NCBI GenBank assembly: GCA_964561105.1 | Contig: CAZLOH010000023.1 | Coordinates: 14,025-78,024 of the forward strand | DNA length: 64,000 nucleotides | Reading direction: 5' to 3' | From: an uncultured Bifidobacterium sp. | Lineage (GTDB): Bacteria; Verrucomicrobiota; Verrucomicrobiia; Limisphaerales; JADLHS01 | In this document: positions 8,997-18,207 of the stretch, in pieces | How the letters are laid out: every line of letters begins with the position of its first letter | Numbering within the stretch: position 1 is the first letter of the stretch | Position numbers and translations under genes: made by a program | Notes under the pieces: model-generated | Told to the model about the DNA's origin: nothing | The model's database searches: none | Seen by the model: only the letters and a program-made list of their open reading frames with translations

Positions 8997-9194
8997 GAAC
9001 AAGAGGAAACAGAGGAAACGGAGATTCAAACTAGAATCATTCTCCGCTACCTTTGATTGTTCCTGTTGAATTTCTGGTTCCATGTCATTCACAAGTTCAT
9101 GAACAGGAGGAAACGAAGGAAACCGAGTAAAGCCAGACCGAATCTCTCTCGGTGATCTCTGTTTGCTCCTGTTAAATTTCTGGCTCATGTCATC
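8997..9194. repeat. two direct copies of a ~95-bp hairpin-forming repeat (GAACAGGAGGAAACGGAGGAAAC ... TGTTTGCTCCTGTT..TCATGTCAT)
   Basis: Copy 1 at 8997-9090 and copy 2 at 9101-9194. Each has a GGAGGAAAC doublet and a partially complementary downstream arm. Copy 2 ends on the GxxExxY stop codon. Confidence 0.6.
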
Positions 9195-9591
9195 TGTTTG
9201 CTCCCGACAGAATTAACCGGCTGATGCCGTCAGTGACTTTCATTTCATGGAAGTTGACCAGCAAGCCAATAGGAATGTCGAGCAGCTTCATGTAACTGAG
9301 AAGCTTCGCCTTGTGAATTGGTAGAATTTGCGCCACCGCCTTTGCTTCCACCAAAACGCATCCCTCGACCAACATATCGAATCGGAGCGGCTCCTCGCGC
9401 GTGAAGCCTTTGTATTCGATCACCACAATGCGTTGGCTGATACAGTTCAGCCCGCGCAATTCTAGTTCTTTGATCAAACACCACTCGTAGATGGACTCGA
9501 TCAGCCCCGGCCCTTTGTCACGATGCACCTCGATGGCCGCAGCGATGACGGTCTCGGTGAGCCCGGATGATTCTTCAAACAATGGGTGCAT
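9190..9591 (-). CDS. GxxExxY family protein (PD-(D/E)XK-like)
   Basis: 133 aa with ...VIAAAIEVHRDKGPGLIESIYEWCLIKELELRGL...VEAKAV..., the hallmark GxxExxY motif and family size. Confidence 0.75.
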   Translation of the reverse strand: MHPLFEESSGLTETVIAAAIEVHRDKGPGLIESIYEWCLIKELELRGLNCISQRIVVIEYKGFTREEPLRFDMLVEGCVLVEAKAVAQILPIHKAKLLSYMKLLDIPIGLLVNFHEMKVTDGISRLILSGANR

Positions 9592-9598
9592 GGGATTT

Positions 9599-9693
9599 GA
9601 ACAGGAGGAAACGGAGGAAACAGAGAGAGGCCAGGCCGAATTCCTCCGTTTCCTCTGTTCGCTCCTGTTTGATTGCCTTCGTCATGTTGTCCG
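9599..9693. repeat. third copy of the ~95-bp hairpin repeat, between GxxExxY and the sensor kinase 3' end
   Basis: GAACAGGAGGAAACGGAGGAAACAGAGAGAGG..CCTCCGTTTCCTCTGTTCGCTCCTGTTT...CGTCATGTTGTCC; the kinase stop codon (9682-9684) lies inside it. Confidence 0.6.
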
Positions 9694-12600
9694 GAGTTTC
9701 TTCACCGCCTGATCCAGCCGCGCCTGTGCGTCGGCGAATGAGTAACTCTGAACGCTTTTTTCAAACTGCGGCCAGCCATCGCCAGCAAACAACGGACGCA
9801 GCGCGGCCTGATTCGTTTCAAGAAAATCCGCCGCGCTGGGGTCGAACTCCGCGAGCAACCTGGTCAACTGCGCTGCAGCCTCGCGGGATTGCGCGGGATC
9901 CACCGTCGCCGCCGGCGTCGGCGCGGGCGCAGCCGAGGCAGACGCGGCCAAGCCTAACTTCAACGCGGCCACCAACGGACCGAGCGCGGCGGCCGTCTGC
10001 TGCCTGGCTGCGTCCAGTTCGAGCGGCGAGACTTTGCCCCGGATGCCTTTCTCCAACGTGGCAGCGGCGGACTGAATTTGGGTTGCGCCGATGTTGCCGG
10101 CCACGCCCTTGAGCGTGTGCGCCAGCCGTTCGGCGAGCGCGATGTCCCCTTGAGCGAGCGCCTCGGTGATTTGCGTCACCGCCGGCCCCTGTTGCTCGAC
10201 GAACTGCCGCAACAATTTCAGATACAACTTCCGATTGCCAGCCACGCGGGCCAGGCCGTCCTTCGTGTCGAGGCCGGGAATGGTGGCGCAGGTTTCCAAA
10301 CCTGCCGTATCGCCGATTTCCAAATCGGCACTGCGCCGCACAGATGTAGCCGTCGCAGGTTGGGAAACCTGCGATACTGCAGACTTGGAAGTCTGCGCCA
10401 CCGGGGCGGCAGCACCCCCCGTCGCTCCCCTCACCCCGTCCCTCTCCCCATCGGATGGGGAGAGGGTGTCCGCAGGACGGGTGAGGGGCTTGTAAAATCT
10501 GCCCACCGTCTCGAACAGGTTCGCCGGATCAATCGGCTTGGAGATGTGATCGTTCATCCCCGCGGCGAGGCAGCGTTGTTTCTCCTCCATCGTCGCGTGC
10601 GCAGTCATGGCGATGATCGGCAGGTTCGCCAGCCGCGCGTCGGCTCGCAACCTGGCTGTGGCCTGATAGCCGTCCATGACCGGCATCTGCAAATCCATCA
10701 GCACTATATCGAACGGCGGCGGCTGCGGATCCTTGGACAAGATGTCCACGGCTTCACGGCCATTGTTGGCGACCGTGACCGTGGCCCCCGCGCCTTCGAG
10801 CAGTTCAATGGCGATCTGCTGGTTGATCTCGTTGTCTTCGGTAAGCAGGATGCGCGCGCCGCGCAGGCGCGTGGCCGATTCGCCTTCCTTGGTTGTGGCC
10901 ACAGCCTCGCCCGTTTCGGCAAACACGTTCACCAGCGTGTCCACGATCATGGACTTGGTGACGGGCTTGACGAGAAAGCCATCCAACTGCAACCGCTCGG
11001 CCTCCTCGCGGACTTCTTCACGACCAAACGCCGTGACCAGCACAATGTGCGGCGGGTGCTGCAACGTCTCGTCGCCCTTGATGTGGCGACTGGCCTGCAA
11101 CCCATCCATGCCCGGCATCCGCCAGTCCATGAACACAATGTCGTAGGGCTCGGCCGCGTCCCGCTGTTGAACGGAGGCGATGGCTTCCTTGCCCGAGGCG
11201 ACGACATCCACACGCGCCGCGATGCCAACCAGCGGTTCCTGCAGAATCTCCCGGGCAGTGGGATTGTCATCCACGATGAGCACGCGAAGCTTGGCCAGTT
11301 TCTCGGGAACGATCTTGCCCGCCCCGGTTGCGGAACTGACCCCGAGCCAGACCGTGAAATAAAACGTGCTGCCCACGCCGGGTTCGCTTTCGAGCCAGAT
11401 GCGTCCACCCATCAGTTCGACGAGCCGCCGGCTGATGGTCAGCCCCAGGCCCGTGCCGCCGTGCTTCCGGGTCGTGGACATGTCCGCCTGCGTGAACGGT
11501 TCGAATAATTTTCCCGACTGCTCCTTCGTCATGCCGATGCCGGTATCGCGCACGGCAAACTTGAGTTGCACCTTTTCCCCGGTGCGCTCGACCTGTTGAA
11601 TCTCGAGCCGGATTTCGCCCTGCTCGGTGAACTTGACCGCGTTGTTCACGAAATTGGTCAGGATCTGGCCGAGGCGCAGCGGATCGCCGAGGAGGACTTC
11701 GGGAACGCCCGCCGCCGTGTGCGCCAAAAACTCCAGCCCTTTCTCATGCGCCTTCTGCGCGGTGAGCGTGGTGACGCTCGATATAACTTCGTCGAGCTTG
11801 AAGTCCGTCGTCTCGATGTCGAGCTTGCCCGCCTCGATCTTCGAGAAGTCGAGAATGTCATTGATGATGGCGAGCAGGGACGTGCCCGCGTTGTGGACCT
11901 TGCCGACGTAATCGCGCTGCTTGGGCGTGAGTTGAGTCTTCAGCGCGAGGTGCGAGAGGCCGATGATGGCGTTCATCGGCGTGCGGATTTCGTGGCTCAT
12001 GTTCGCGAGGAACATGGACTTCATCTCGGTGGCTTCCTCGGCCTTACCCTTGGCCAGCGCCAGTTCGCGCGCCTGTTCCTGCGTCTGACCCAGCAGCTCC
12101 TGCGTGCGAAGATTCCGCAACAGCACCTCCAGACTCATTGCCGCCACGGGCAATAACTCGTCCAGCAGGGCCTGTTCGCGGCTCGTGAACGTGCGAAAAC
12201 CGGCGACCTCGAGCACGGCCAGCAACGCGTTCGCCGAGGTCAACGGGAACGCCGTGACCTGCGTGGGCGCGGCTCCACCCAGGCCCGAAGCGATGCGCAG
12301 ATAGTCCGGCGGCAGGTCCGTGAGCGTCACCGCCTTGCGTTCCCGCGCGCATTGCCCGACCAATCCATCGCCCGGTTTGAATTCGCCCGCGTCCGCCGGT
12401 TCTTCCGCAAGGCCGTACGTCGCAACACGCGACAGCCGGCCCGCCGCTTCCTCGAACGAATACAAACCGGCCACCCCGCCGCCCAGCGCGGGCATGAGGC
12501 TGACCACCAAACGTTGCCCGAAGTCGGTGAGCGAACTCGCGCCCTGCAACGCGCCGGTGATTTGCCCGGCCGTGGATTTCACCCACCGCTGCTCATCCAT

Positions 12601-13374
12601 CGCCGCCGCGCCCTGCTTCAATATCTCCACCGACCGTGCCAGCCCGCCGGTCTCGTCGGTCGCATCCGTGAAGGGAACTTCCTTGGCGTAATCGCCGGCC
12701 GCGATCGTCTTGACGGAAGCTTCGAGCGCCTGAATCGGCCGGACGATCCGTCGAAAAGTGAAGTAACCCAGGAGGGCGGTCACCAGAATGGCGCTGGAGT
12801 TGGCGACGAGCATTTTCAACCGCGAAGTCGCGATGGTGTCGGTGGTGGCTTTGGCCGCCGCATCGGCGAGTTGCTCATTGTACTGAATCCACTCGCGCGA
12901 AATGTTGCCGGATCGGGAGACGATTTCTCCCATCGAACCGTTGAGCAGGGCCAGCGCCTCCGCTTTTTGGCCCGCGGTTGCCAAGGTCATTACTTGCTTC
13001 GCGGCAGAAACGTAGTCGCGGCTCAATTCTCGGAATTCGTTGAACAATCGGCGGTCCTTCTCATCCGAGATCAAAGTGTCCGCATACAGTTGGTACAACC
13101 GGACGAGTTCGGTTCCGTCGGCATCGAACAGCGCACGCGCTTGAGTCTGTTGGAGTTGATTGGTAGTGAGCACGAAGCTGCGGACGTTGACGCGCAGTTC
13201 GGCAAAGCTCCGGGAGATATTGCCGAGCGCCGCGAGACTCCCAATCTGGGTTTCCGCCACGAACTCGTTGCGCGCTTCGATCTGTGTGAGCTGGTAGCGC
13301 GTGAAGGCGCCCAGGATCAGCAGCGCCACCAGCGGGACAGCCACCAGCAGGGTCAGTCGTTTGGCGATCGTCAT
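9682..13374 (-). CDS. hybrid sensor histidine kinase (TM/HAMP, GAF, HisKA, HATPase, two REC, C-terminal Hpt)
   Basis: [18 protein letters not shown] (H-box), N/G1/G2 boxes (VRDTGIGM...[19 protein letters not shown]), two REC domains (VLIVDDNP...; [12 protein letters not shown]...) and an Hpt region. Confidence 0.85.
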   Translation of the reverse strand: MTIAKRLTLLVAVPLVALLILGAFTRYQLTQIEARNEFVAETQIGSLAALGNISRSFAELRVNVRSFVLTTNQLQQTQARALFDADGTELVRLYQLYADTLISDEKDRRLFNEFRELSRDYVSAAKQVMTLATAGQKAEALALLNGSMGEIVSRSGNISREWIQYNEQLADAAAKATTDTIATSRLKMLVANSSAILVTALLGYFTFRRIVRPIQALEASVKTIAAGDYAKEVPFTDATDETGGLARSVEILKQGAAAMDEQRWVKSTAGQITGALQGASSLTDFGQRLVVSLMPALGGGVAGLYSFEEAAGRLSRVATYGLAEEPADAGEFKPGDGLVGQCARERKAVTLTDLPPDYLRIASGLGGAAPTQVTAFPLTSANALLAVLEVAGFRTFTSREQALLDELLPVAAMSLEVLLRNLRTQELLGQTQEQARELALAKGKAEEATEMKSMFLANMSHEIRTPMNAIIGLSHLALKTQLTPKQRDYVGKVHNAGTSLLAIINDILDFSKIEAGKLDIETTDFKLDEVISSVTTLTAQKAHEKGLEFLAHTAAGVPEVLLGDPLRLGQILTNFVNNAVKFTEQGEIRLEIQQVERTGEKVQLKFAVRDTGIGMTKEQSGKLFEPFTQADMSTTRKHGGTGLGLTISRRLVELMGGRIWLESEPGVGSTFYFTVWLGVSSATGAGKIVPEKLAKLRVLIVDDNPTAREILQEPLVGIAARVDVVASGKEAIASVQQRDAAEPYDIVFMDWRMPGMDGLQASRHIKGDETLQHPPHIVLVTAFGREEVREEAERLQLDGFLVKPVTKSMIVDTLVNVFAETGEAVATTKEGESATRLRGARILLTEDNEINQQIAIELLEGAGATVTVANNGREAVDILSKDPQPPPFDIVLMDLQMPVMDGYQATARLRADARLANLPIIAMTAHATMEEKQRCLAAGMNDHISKPIDPANLFETVGRFYKPLTRPADTLSPSDGERDGVRGATGGAAAPVAQTSKSAVSQVSQPATATSVRRSADLEIGDTAGLETCATIPGLDTKDGLARVAGNRKLYLKLLRQFVEQQGPAVTQITEALAQGDIALAERLAHTLKGVAGNIGATQIQSAAATLEKGIRGKVSPLELDAARQQTAAALGPLVAALKLGLAASASAAPAPTPAATVDPAQSREAAAQLTRLLAEFDPSAADFLETNQAALRPLFAGDGWPQFEKSVQSYSFADAQARLDQAVKKLRTT
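10427..10488. repeat. palindromic repeat family 1 (62 bp) inserted in frame in the sensor kinase
   Basis: CCCCTCACCCCGTCCCTCTCCCCATCGGATGGGGAGAGGGTGTCCGCAGGACGGGTGAGGGG is a nested perfect hairpin. It is translated on the minus strand as ...[24 protein letters not shown]... between REC2 and Hpt. Confidence 0.7.
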
Positions 13375-13618
13375 ACCGTAATCCTCAGTTGGTCATGGCT
13401 AAAACAATCTCCGGCCGCTGCACAGCGCGCCGTTCCGGAGGCAGCATAATGACTCCGTCCCCAACTGGGGAGCACAAACACGACGGCGATTCGGGGCACC
13501 CGGCATCACTACGCGCGCTCAAGTTCACCCGGTTGGTTGCCGATTGTCCAACACAACTGCAATCGGATCGCATCCGTCCGCGCCCGCGCGAAGTGATTGC
13601 AAAATTGCACCCTCTCAA

Positions 13619-13834
13619 TAGCCACCGACGTGAGGAAGCGGAAATTCAGGAGTTCAATAGAAGGCGCGCAGGCCGCCTTTCAGCTTGCGCAACGCTTCCG
13701 CGCGCACACGGCGCACTCCCGCGCAGCGGCGGCCACGGCGTCAATCTTCGCGATGGTAGCAGCGAATGTGAGCCCGCTCTGATTTTTCGGGGAGGAAGTT
13801 TGAGCCGACTCACGTCGGCTGCTACCCGGCTCAA
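13619..13834. repeat. repeat family 2 arms in inverted orientation ~170 bp apart
   Basis: TAGCCACCGACGTGAGGAAGCGG at 13619-13641 and GACTCACGTCGGCTGCTAC at 13812-13834. The second arm sits in the loop of the local hairpin GTTTGAGCCG...CGGCTCAAAC. Confidence 0.5.
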
Positions 13835-13852
13835 ACTGCGGCCACGGGAACG
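13833..13852. repeat. 20-bp direct repeat AAACTGCGGCCACGGGAACG (left copy) flanking the R-M island
   Basis: Identical 20-mer occurs again at 16145-16164. Confidence 0.7.
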
Positions 13853-13869
13853 TGCCGCAAGCAACTCGC

Positions 13870-14832
13870 TCAGCTACCTCGTCGTGGTTTCTTGGTCGAG
13901 TGCGTTCGATACGCCGAAGAAGGTTCGTTCATCGCCATGGTTGACTCGATAGGAGTAGGTGGCTTGAGCTCGATTTGGAACTGTGCTTGACCAAATAGCG
14001 ATGTGTTCTCGTTCATGAGTCGTGACGCAGCCAGTTTGCAGTATTCAGTGTCAAGTTCGACACCAATGCTGTTTCGCCCGTGCTTCAGGGAGGCAATCAT
14101 GGTCGTGGCGGTGCCGCAGAACGGGTCCAGCACGGTATCACCTGAAAACGAAAACATCTGAACCAGACGGGAAGCCAGTTCCAATGGAAACGGAGCGGGA
14201 TGCTCCTTGGTTGAGGCTCCGGTAATTGTCCAGAACTGCTGAAACCACTTATCGAACTTGTCTTTGGAAATCATGCTCAAACGGCGCTGGTCTTCCGTCG
14301 GCTTGCGGTAACCGCCCGGTTTGCGTTGCATGAGAATAAACTCAATGTCATTCTTGATGATGGCGTTGGGCTCGTACGGCTTTCCGAGAAATTTTGAGCC
14401 GTTGCTCACCTCATAGCTGGCGTTGGAAATCTTGTGCCAGATAATCGGGTTGAGATTATCAAATCCAAGTTTGCGACATTGCACGCAAATGTCTCCGTGC
14501 AGCGGGACGACGGTGTGGCGTCCATTATTTTCACGTCGGGAAAGACAGACGTCACCCACGACACACACCAGCCGTCCGCCGGGAACGAGAACCCGGAACA
14601 CCGCACGCCACACGCGATTCAACTCCGCAAGAAAACTCTCGTAATCCGCGATGTGACCCATCTGACCGTCGGAATCGTTATAGCGTTTGAGGGTCCAGTA
14701 AGGTGGCGAAGTGACGACGAGGTGGATGGACTCGTCCGCAATGAACGACAGATCGCGCGCGTCCCCTTGCACCAGCCGATGAAGCGTCGGGACGTCATCA
14801 ATGGTTTGCGACGCAGTCCTGGAGTCCTTCAT
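13870..14832 (-). CDS. DNA methyltransferase, beta-class amino-methyltransferase (N4-cytosine or N6-adenine)
   Basis: Motif IV SPPY (LVVTSPPYWTL) lies N-terminal to motif I (VLDPFCGTATT). This is the circularly permuted beta-class order; SPPY is typical of N4C/N6A enzymes. Confidence 0.8.
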   Translation of the reverse strand: MKDSRTASQTIDDVPTLHRLVQGDARDLSFIADESIHLVVTSPPYWTLKRYNDSDGQMGHIADYESFLAELNRVWRAVFRVLVPGGRLVCVVGDVCLSRRENNGRHTVVPLHGDICVQCRKLGFDNLNPIIWHKISNASYEVSNGSKFLGKPYEPNAIIKNDIEFILMQRKPGGYRKPTEDQRRLSMISKDKFDKWFQQFWTITGASTKEHPAPFPLELASRLVQMFSFSGDTVLDPFCGTATTMIASLKHGRNSIGVELDTEYCKLAASRLMNENTSLFGQAQFQIELKPPTPIESTMAMNEPSSAYRTHSTKKPRRGS

Positions 14833-15578
14833 AACTGTTTGATGCGGCCTGAGAACGCCGCAACCTGAGCGACGAGTGAGTTCGCAAATGCCTGAAACGT
14901 GAGGTCGTTCGCCGGTTCTGAGTACACACCCTTCAGTCCTTTTTCGGGATTAGACATGAGAAAGGCAGCGGAATCGTAATGCTTTTCGAGAACCAGTCGT
15001 CGGCAGAAAAGCTCGTAGCGCTTGGCGTAGGACGAATTTCTGAACTCGGGAAACACCTTGAAGTGCGGCTCTTTCACAGCGACGGGCGAAGTGGATCGAG
15101 CGCAGTCCTCGAGGAGAAACAGGTAGCCAATCCACGGGCGCACGGCAGAACCAAAGGCGTTTTCCCGAAACGCCGTCCAGAGATCGAGCGCGCTGCCCAT
15201 TGCTTCCTCAGTGCGATTGTTGAAGTTGTTACCAAACGAAGGACCGACTTGAGATTTTGCTTCAAGCGCGGCCACAAGCTGGCCTTTCACAACGACAATG
15301 AAATCCCATTTCTTGTTTGGGCGGAAGTAGCCCGGAAGTTCCAATGACTGGTCGAAAAATATGTGTGCATGATCAATGCCCGCTTCCATGACGAGCTTTG
15401 TCAGAAGCTCGATAAAGCCATCCATCTGCGCGCCGCCTGTGACTGCGCTTCGCAATCCTTGGTCCGAGCCGCCGGCGTCACGTTGTTTTTGCAACTGGCT
15501 TGAGCGGGTTTTCCAGTAGAAGCGAACGGCTTCTCGGGCGTGCTTCGGCAAATCCGTCAATGTACTTTGATTCGGCAT
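14829..15578 (-). CDS. putative type II restriction endonuclease (size and motif recollection suggest the XhoI/PaeR7I-like family)
   Basis: 249-aa ORF overlaps the MTase start by 4 bp (ATGA). The ...RSAVTGGAQMDGF... segment resembles the XhoI-family signature from memory. No other domain is recognisable. Confidence 0.5.
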   Translation of the reverse strand: MPNQSTLTDLPKHAREAVRFYWKTRSSQLQKQRDAGGSDQGLRSAVTGGAQMDGFIELLTKLVMEAGIDHAHIFFDQSLELPGYFRPNKKWDFIVVVKGQLVAALEAKSQVGPSFGNNFNNRTEEAMGSALDLWTAFRENAFGSAVRPWIGYLFLLEDCARSTSPVAVKEPHFKVFPEFRNSSYAKRYELFCRRLVLEKHYDSAAFLMSNPEKGLKGVYSEPANDLTFQAFANSLVAQVAAFSGRIKQL

Positions 15579-16144
15579 CTACGTACTGAGTCTGACTAAT
15601 GTGGACTTGGTTCGCAAAGCCGAAGTTGCCCGAACCGCGCGCGGGATCAAGCACGCGGAAGGTTCGTATCCGGTCGCGAAATTAGAAGGTGGCGCGCTGC
15701 TTTCAGTCCACACGCATGGCCGAAGGACGCAAAGAGGTGATCGAGAAAAATCTGCGCCTCACCCTTTTCGTCGCCGGTGATGTGTCTGGCGCACCAAGTG
15801 ACGAATTCCTGAAGCATTTCCCGATTCGGCATGGCAGGGTTTTACACGAGGGCGGCGCGGGCGGCAATGACTGCGTTGATGGCGTTACGGGACAACACGA
15901 CGTTTCCCGGAGCGCAACCTTCACGTCGCTTCACGCTGGATGGCAAATGGGACGTGGAAGTGGCGTGAACGCCGCGCTCCGCAGCTCCGTCATGGGCGAC
16001 ATCTTTGTAGGGTGCGATCGTGGATTTTGATTTAGCTCCGTCAGGAACGGCATAGTCCGATGATATCGCGCCTACGGAGCTTTGGCCCATTTCTCGGACT
16101 ATTCTGCAGAGATGTCGCGCCGAACGGCCCTGGGCGAAGCATCA

Positions 16145-16164
16145 AAACTGCGGCCACGGGAACG
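16145..16164. repeat. 20-bp direct repeat AAACTGCGGCCACGGGAACG (right copy)
   Basis: Identical to 13833-13852. Confidence 0.7.
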
Positions 16165-16358
16165 GGTCGAGAACGGGTTCAAGCTGGATGCCGGATGTCA
16201 TTTCGTGCGATAGGGCGGGCCTTGCTCCTTTGCCGAATAAAAGTGCGCCGCATCCGCCTCTGCGTGTTCCGGCAGCGGCTTTCGCAACGGGGCGGGATTC
16301 GGCGGTTCATAAGGCGGATACCCAGGCGATGAGGATGGCCGAATACAATCCTGTGTCA

Positions 16359-16725
16359 TCAGTTCTGCGCGTCGGGATAATGATGGGGCACGCCAGAGGC
16401 GATGACGAGTGAGCCTTTCTCGAAGTTCGCTGCGACTTCGAGGTTCTTGGCGAGGAGTTGGGCGAGCAAATTCTTTTTTGGCGCTGAAGCCGTAGGTGGC
16501 TCGCTTCGTAGAGTAATCTGTCAGGGTAGCTAACTCCCCACTGCCGATGCCACCCCACGGGGCGAGGACGGCAGCATCCGCGAAGCGGTGCAGCGAGACT
16601 GTTGTTCTAACTGTGTCCAGCGCGGCGTGGGCGTCCTTGAGCGGATTCGCGCCGGGCAGTTTGCCGTGCAGATTAAGCTGGAAGATCGCTCGCATTTCAA
16701 AATTCCAAATCACGGCATTTGTCAT
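16359..16725 (-). pseudogene. small hypothetical gene interrupted by a +1 frameshift at an A6/T6 homopolymer (last gene of the NYN-NERD operon)
   Basis: Frame 1 reads MTNAVIWNFEMRAIFQLNLHGKLPGANPL...YGFSAKKEFAR, then low-complexity. A protein-like continuation NLLAQLLAKNLEVAANFEKGSLVIASGVPHHYPDAQN* appears in the +1 frame after the ttttttg run at ~16473-16479. Confidence 0.3.
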
Positions 16726-17590
16726 CGAGTGCTGCGACGATGCGCTGCACCTGGGAGGCTTCTAACTTCGTCCCTTGGCCACGCAAGTACTTCGTGAGAT
16801 AACCGGCATTCATCACCTTTACCGGGAAGTTACCTTTGGTCTCAACATACCAACCGGGAATCGTGACTACTGCTTCGACCAAGACGGATTCCGCCGTGCG
16901 CTTGGATAGGAATTCCGACAGCCAACGAGCATTGCGCTCCGCCTGCGGGATGGTTTCAGCATCATACCCGCGGGGAAAACCCAGCCCTTTGCCATCGTAA
17001 GCGACAACGTGTTCTGGTTTGCCGTTACGGCTCCCGCGCCGGCGCCGGGCCTTGGTTTCAATCACAAATACCCCCCGAACGCCCACTGCAATGTGATCAA
17101 TATTGCCAATCTGCTCCTCTACCAAGTCGTGAAAAATGCGATAGCCTGCGTCAGCAGCCTCGTGCAAAGCCTCGGCCACCGCTTGCTCTCCCCGCAGACC
17201 GAGCCGAACATTGCGCCCTTCATCCAAACTGCGGAAGGCACGTAACACCTGCCACGCTCCCAAGCCTGCCAGCACTGCAAACAGTGCCAGTGCCAACGCC
17301 GACCACGCCGCAGGAACGTTATTGCCCAAAAACAAGCCTAGCGTAAGAGCGCACACTCCACCCGCTAAGCAAAGCGAACACGCCAGGAGAAGTTGGCCCA
17401 AAATCCGGTCCTGTAGGTTCTCAAGCCGGATGCCAAGCGAGTGGCCCGCTGGCCGCAACAGTTTCTCTTGCTGCGGCGGCTTCTCCCGGTGGCTGGCACC
17501 ACGACGCTCGATAAACCAGGCGACCAGGAACACCAGCAGGGGAACAAAGCTGGCAAGCACGATTGAAATGGTTCCAGAATCAAACTTCAT
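16697..17590 (-). CDS. membrane-anchored NERD (nuclease-related domain) protein
   Basis: Two to three N-terminal transmembrane helices are followed by the NERD signature GEQAVAEALHEAADAGYRIFHDL...IDHIAVGVRGVFVIETKA. Confidence 0.75.
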   Translation of the reverse strand: MKFDSGTISIVLASFVPLLVFLVAWFIERRGASHREKPPQQEKLLRPAGHSLGIRLENLQDRILGQLLLACSLCLAGGVCALTLGLFLGNNVPAAWSALALALFAVLAGLGAWQVLRAFRSLDEGRNVRLGLRGEQAVAEALHEAADAGYRIFHDLVEEQIGNIDHIAVGVRGVFVIETKARRRRGSRNGKPEHVVAYDGKGLGFPRGYDAETIPQAERNARWLSEFLSKRTAESVLVEAVVTIPGWYVETKGNFPVKVMNAGYLTKYLRGQGTKLEASQVQRIVAALDDKCRDLEF

Positions 17591-18168
17591 AGGTGGTAAA
17601 AGACTTCGCCATCCGCCCCGATCTCGATGACTTTCTTTGCGACCAACCCTTGGATAGTGCTATGCAGTTCGGCTGGTGTGAGCGCTCTTCCAAACAAAGC
17701 GTGGATTTGTGATTCCAAGGTTGTGCGCTTTTTGGCAAGCGTTACCTGTTTGGACTTAAAGTACGCGATGATGTGATTGACCCGCTCGGCATTTTTCATC
17801 AGCACTGGGACTTCGCAAAAAGCTGCACGCCGGGCGGCGAGCGTGCCGTTGGCTTGGAAATGACCGATCAACGCGTCAAAATCCTTATCTTTGGAGATGA
17901 TGTGAAAATAGCCATGTGCGTCCACTTGCTTTGCCGCGCCAATACACTGCGCGAGCACCAGATCCAAGGCATTCTTACCGCTCCGCCCGGTTTCCACCAA
18001 GTCCACTTGTCCGGCGTACTTGAGCAGCAGCTTTACCAAGGCGACCGGAAGGTTCTTATGCCGTTCACCCAAGACAAACGTTACCTTGACTGGCTTGTTG
18101 GCAATTCGATCCAGATCAATTTCCTGAACATTTTCAAAATCAATGAAGATGTAGTTGGTGCGGGCCAT
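17587..18168 (-). CDS. NYN (LabA-like / PIN-related) ribonuclease-domain protein
   Basis: NYIFIDFENV, SGKNALDLVL and IISKDKDF match the acidic motifs of NYN/LabA domains. A ~70-aa C-terminal extension follows. The gene overlaps the NERD gene by 4 bp. Confidence 0.6.
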   Translation of the reverse strand: MARTNYIFIDFENVQEIDLDRIANKPVKVTFVLGERHKNLPVALVKLLLKYAGQVDLVETGRSGKNALDLVLAQCIGAAKQVDAHGYFHIISKDKDFDALIGHFQANGTLAARRAAFCEVPVLMKNAERVNHIIAYFKSKQVTLAKKRTTLESQIHALFGRALTPAELHSTIQGLVAKKVIEIGADGEVFYHL

Positions 18169-18189
18169 TGGTTCACGTAGCTGTTGGTT

Positions 18190-18207
18190 TGATACAATCC
18201 TCCGTCA
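18190..18207. promoter_or_regulatory. 18-bp motif TGATACAATCCTCCGTCA upstream of the NYN-NERD operon
   Basis: Exact repeat of 19418-19435; lies 22 bp upstream of the NYN start codon on the coding (minus) strand. Confidence 0.35.

Noticed and set aside
15647-16197. ORFs 15842..16090 (-) and 15689..16030 (+) as remnants of a second methyltransferase, Vsr or controller gene in the R-M island
   Set aside because: No diagnostic motif; they are short, mutually overlapping and low-complexity. The region is described only as probably decayed.
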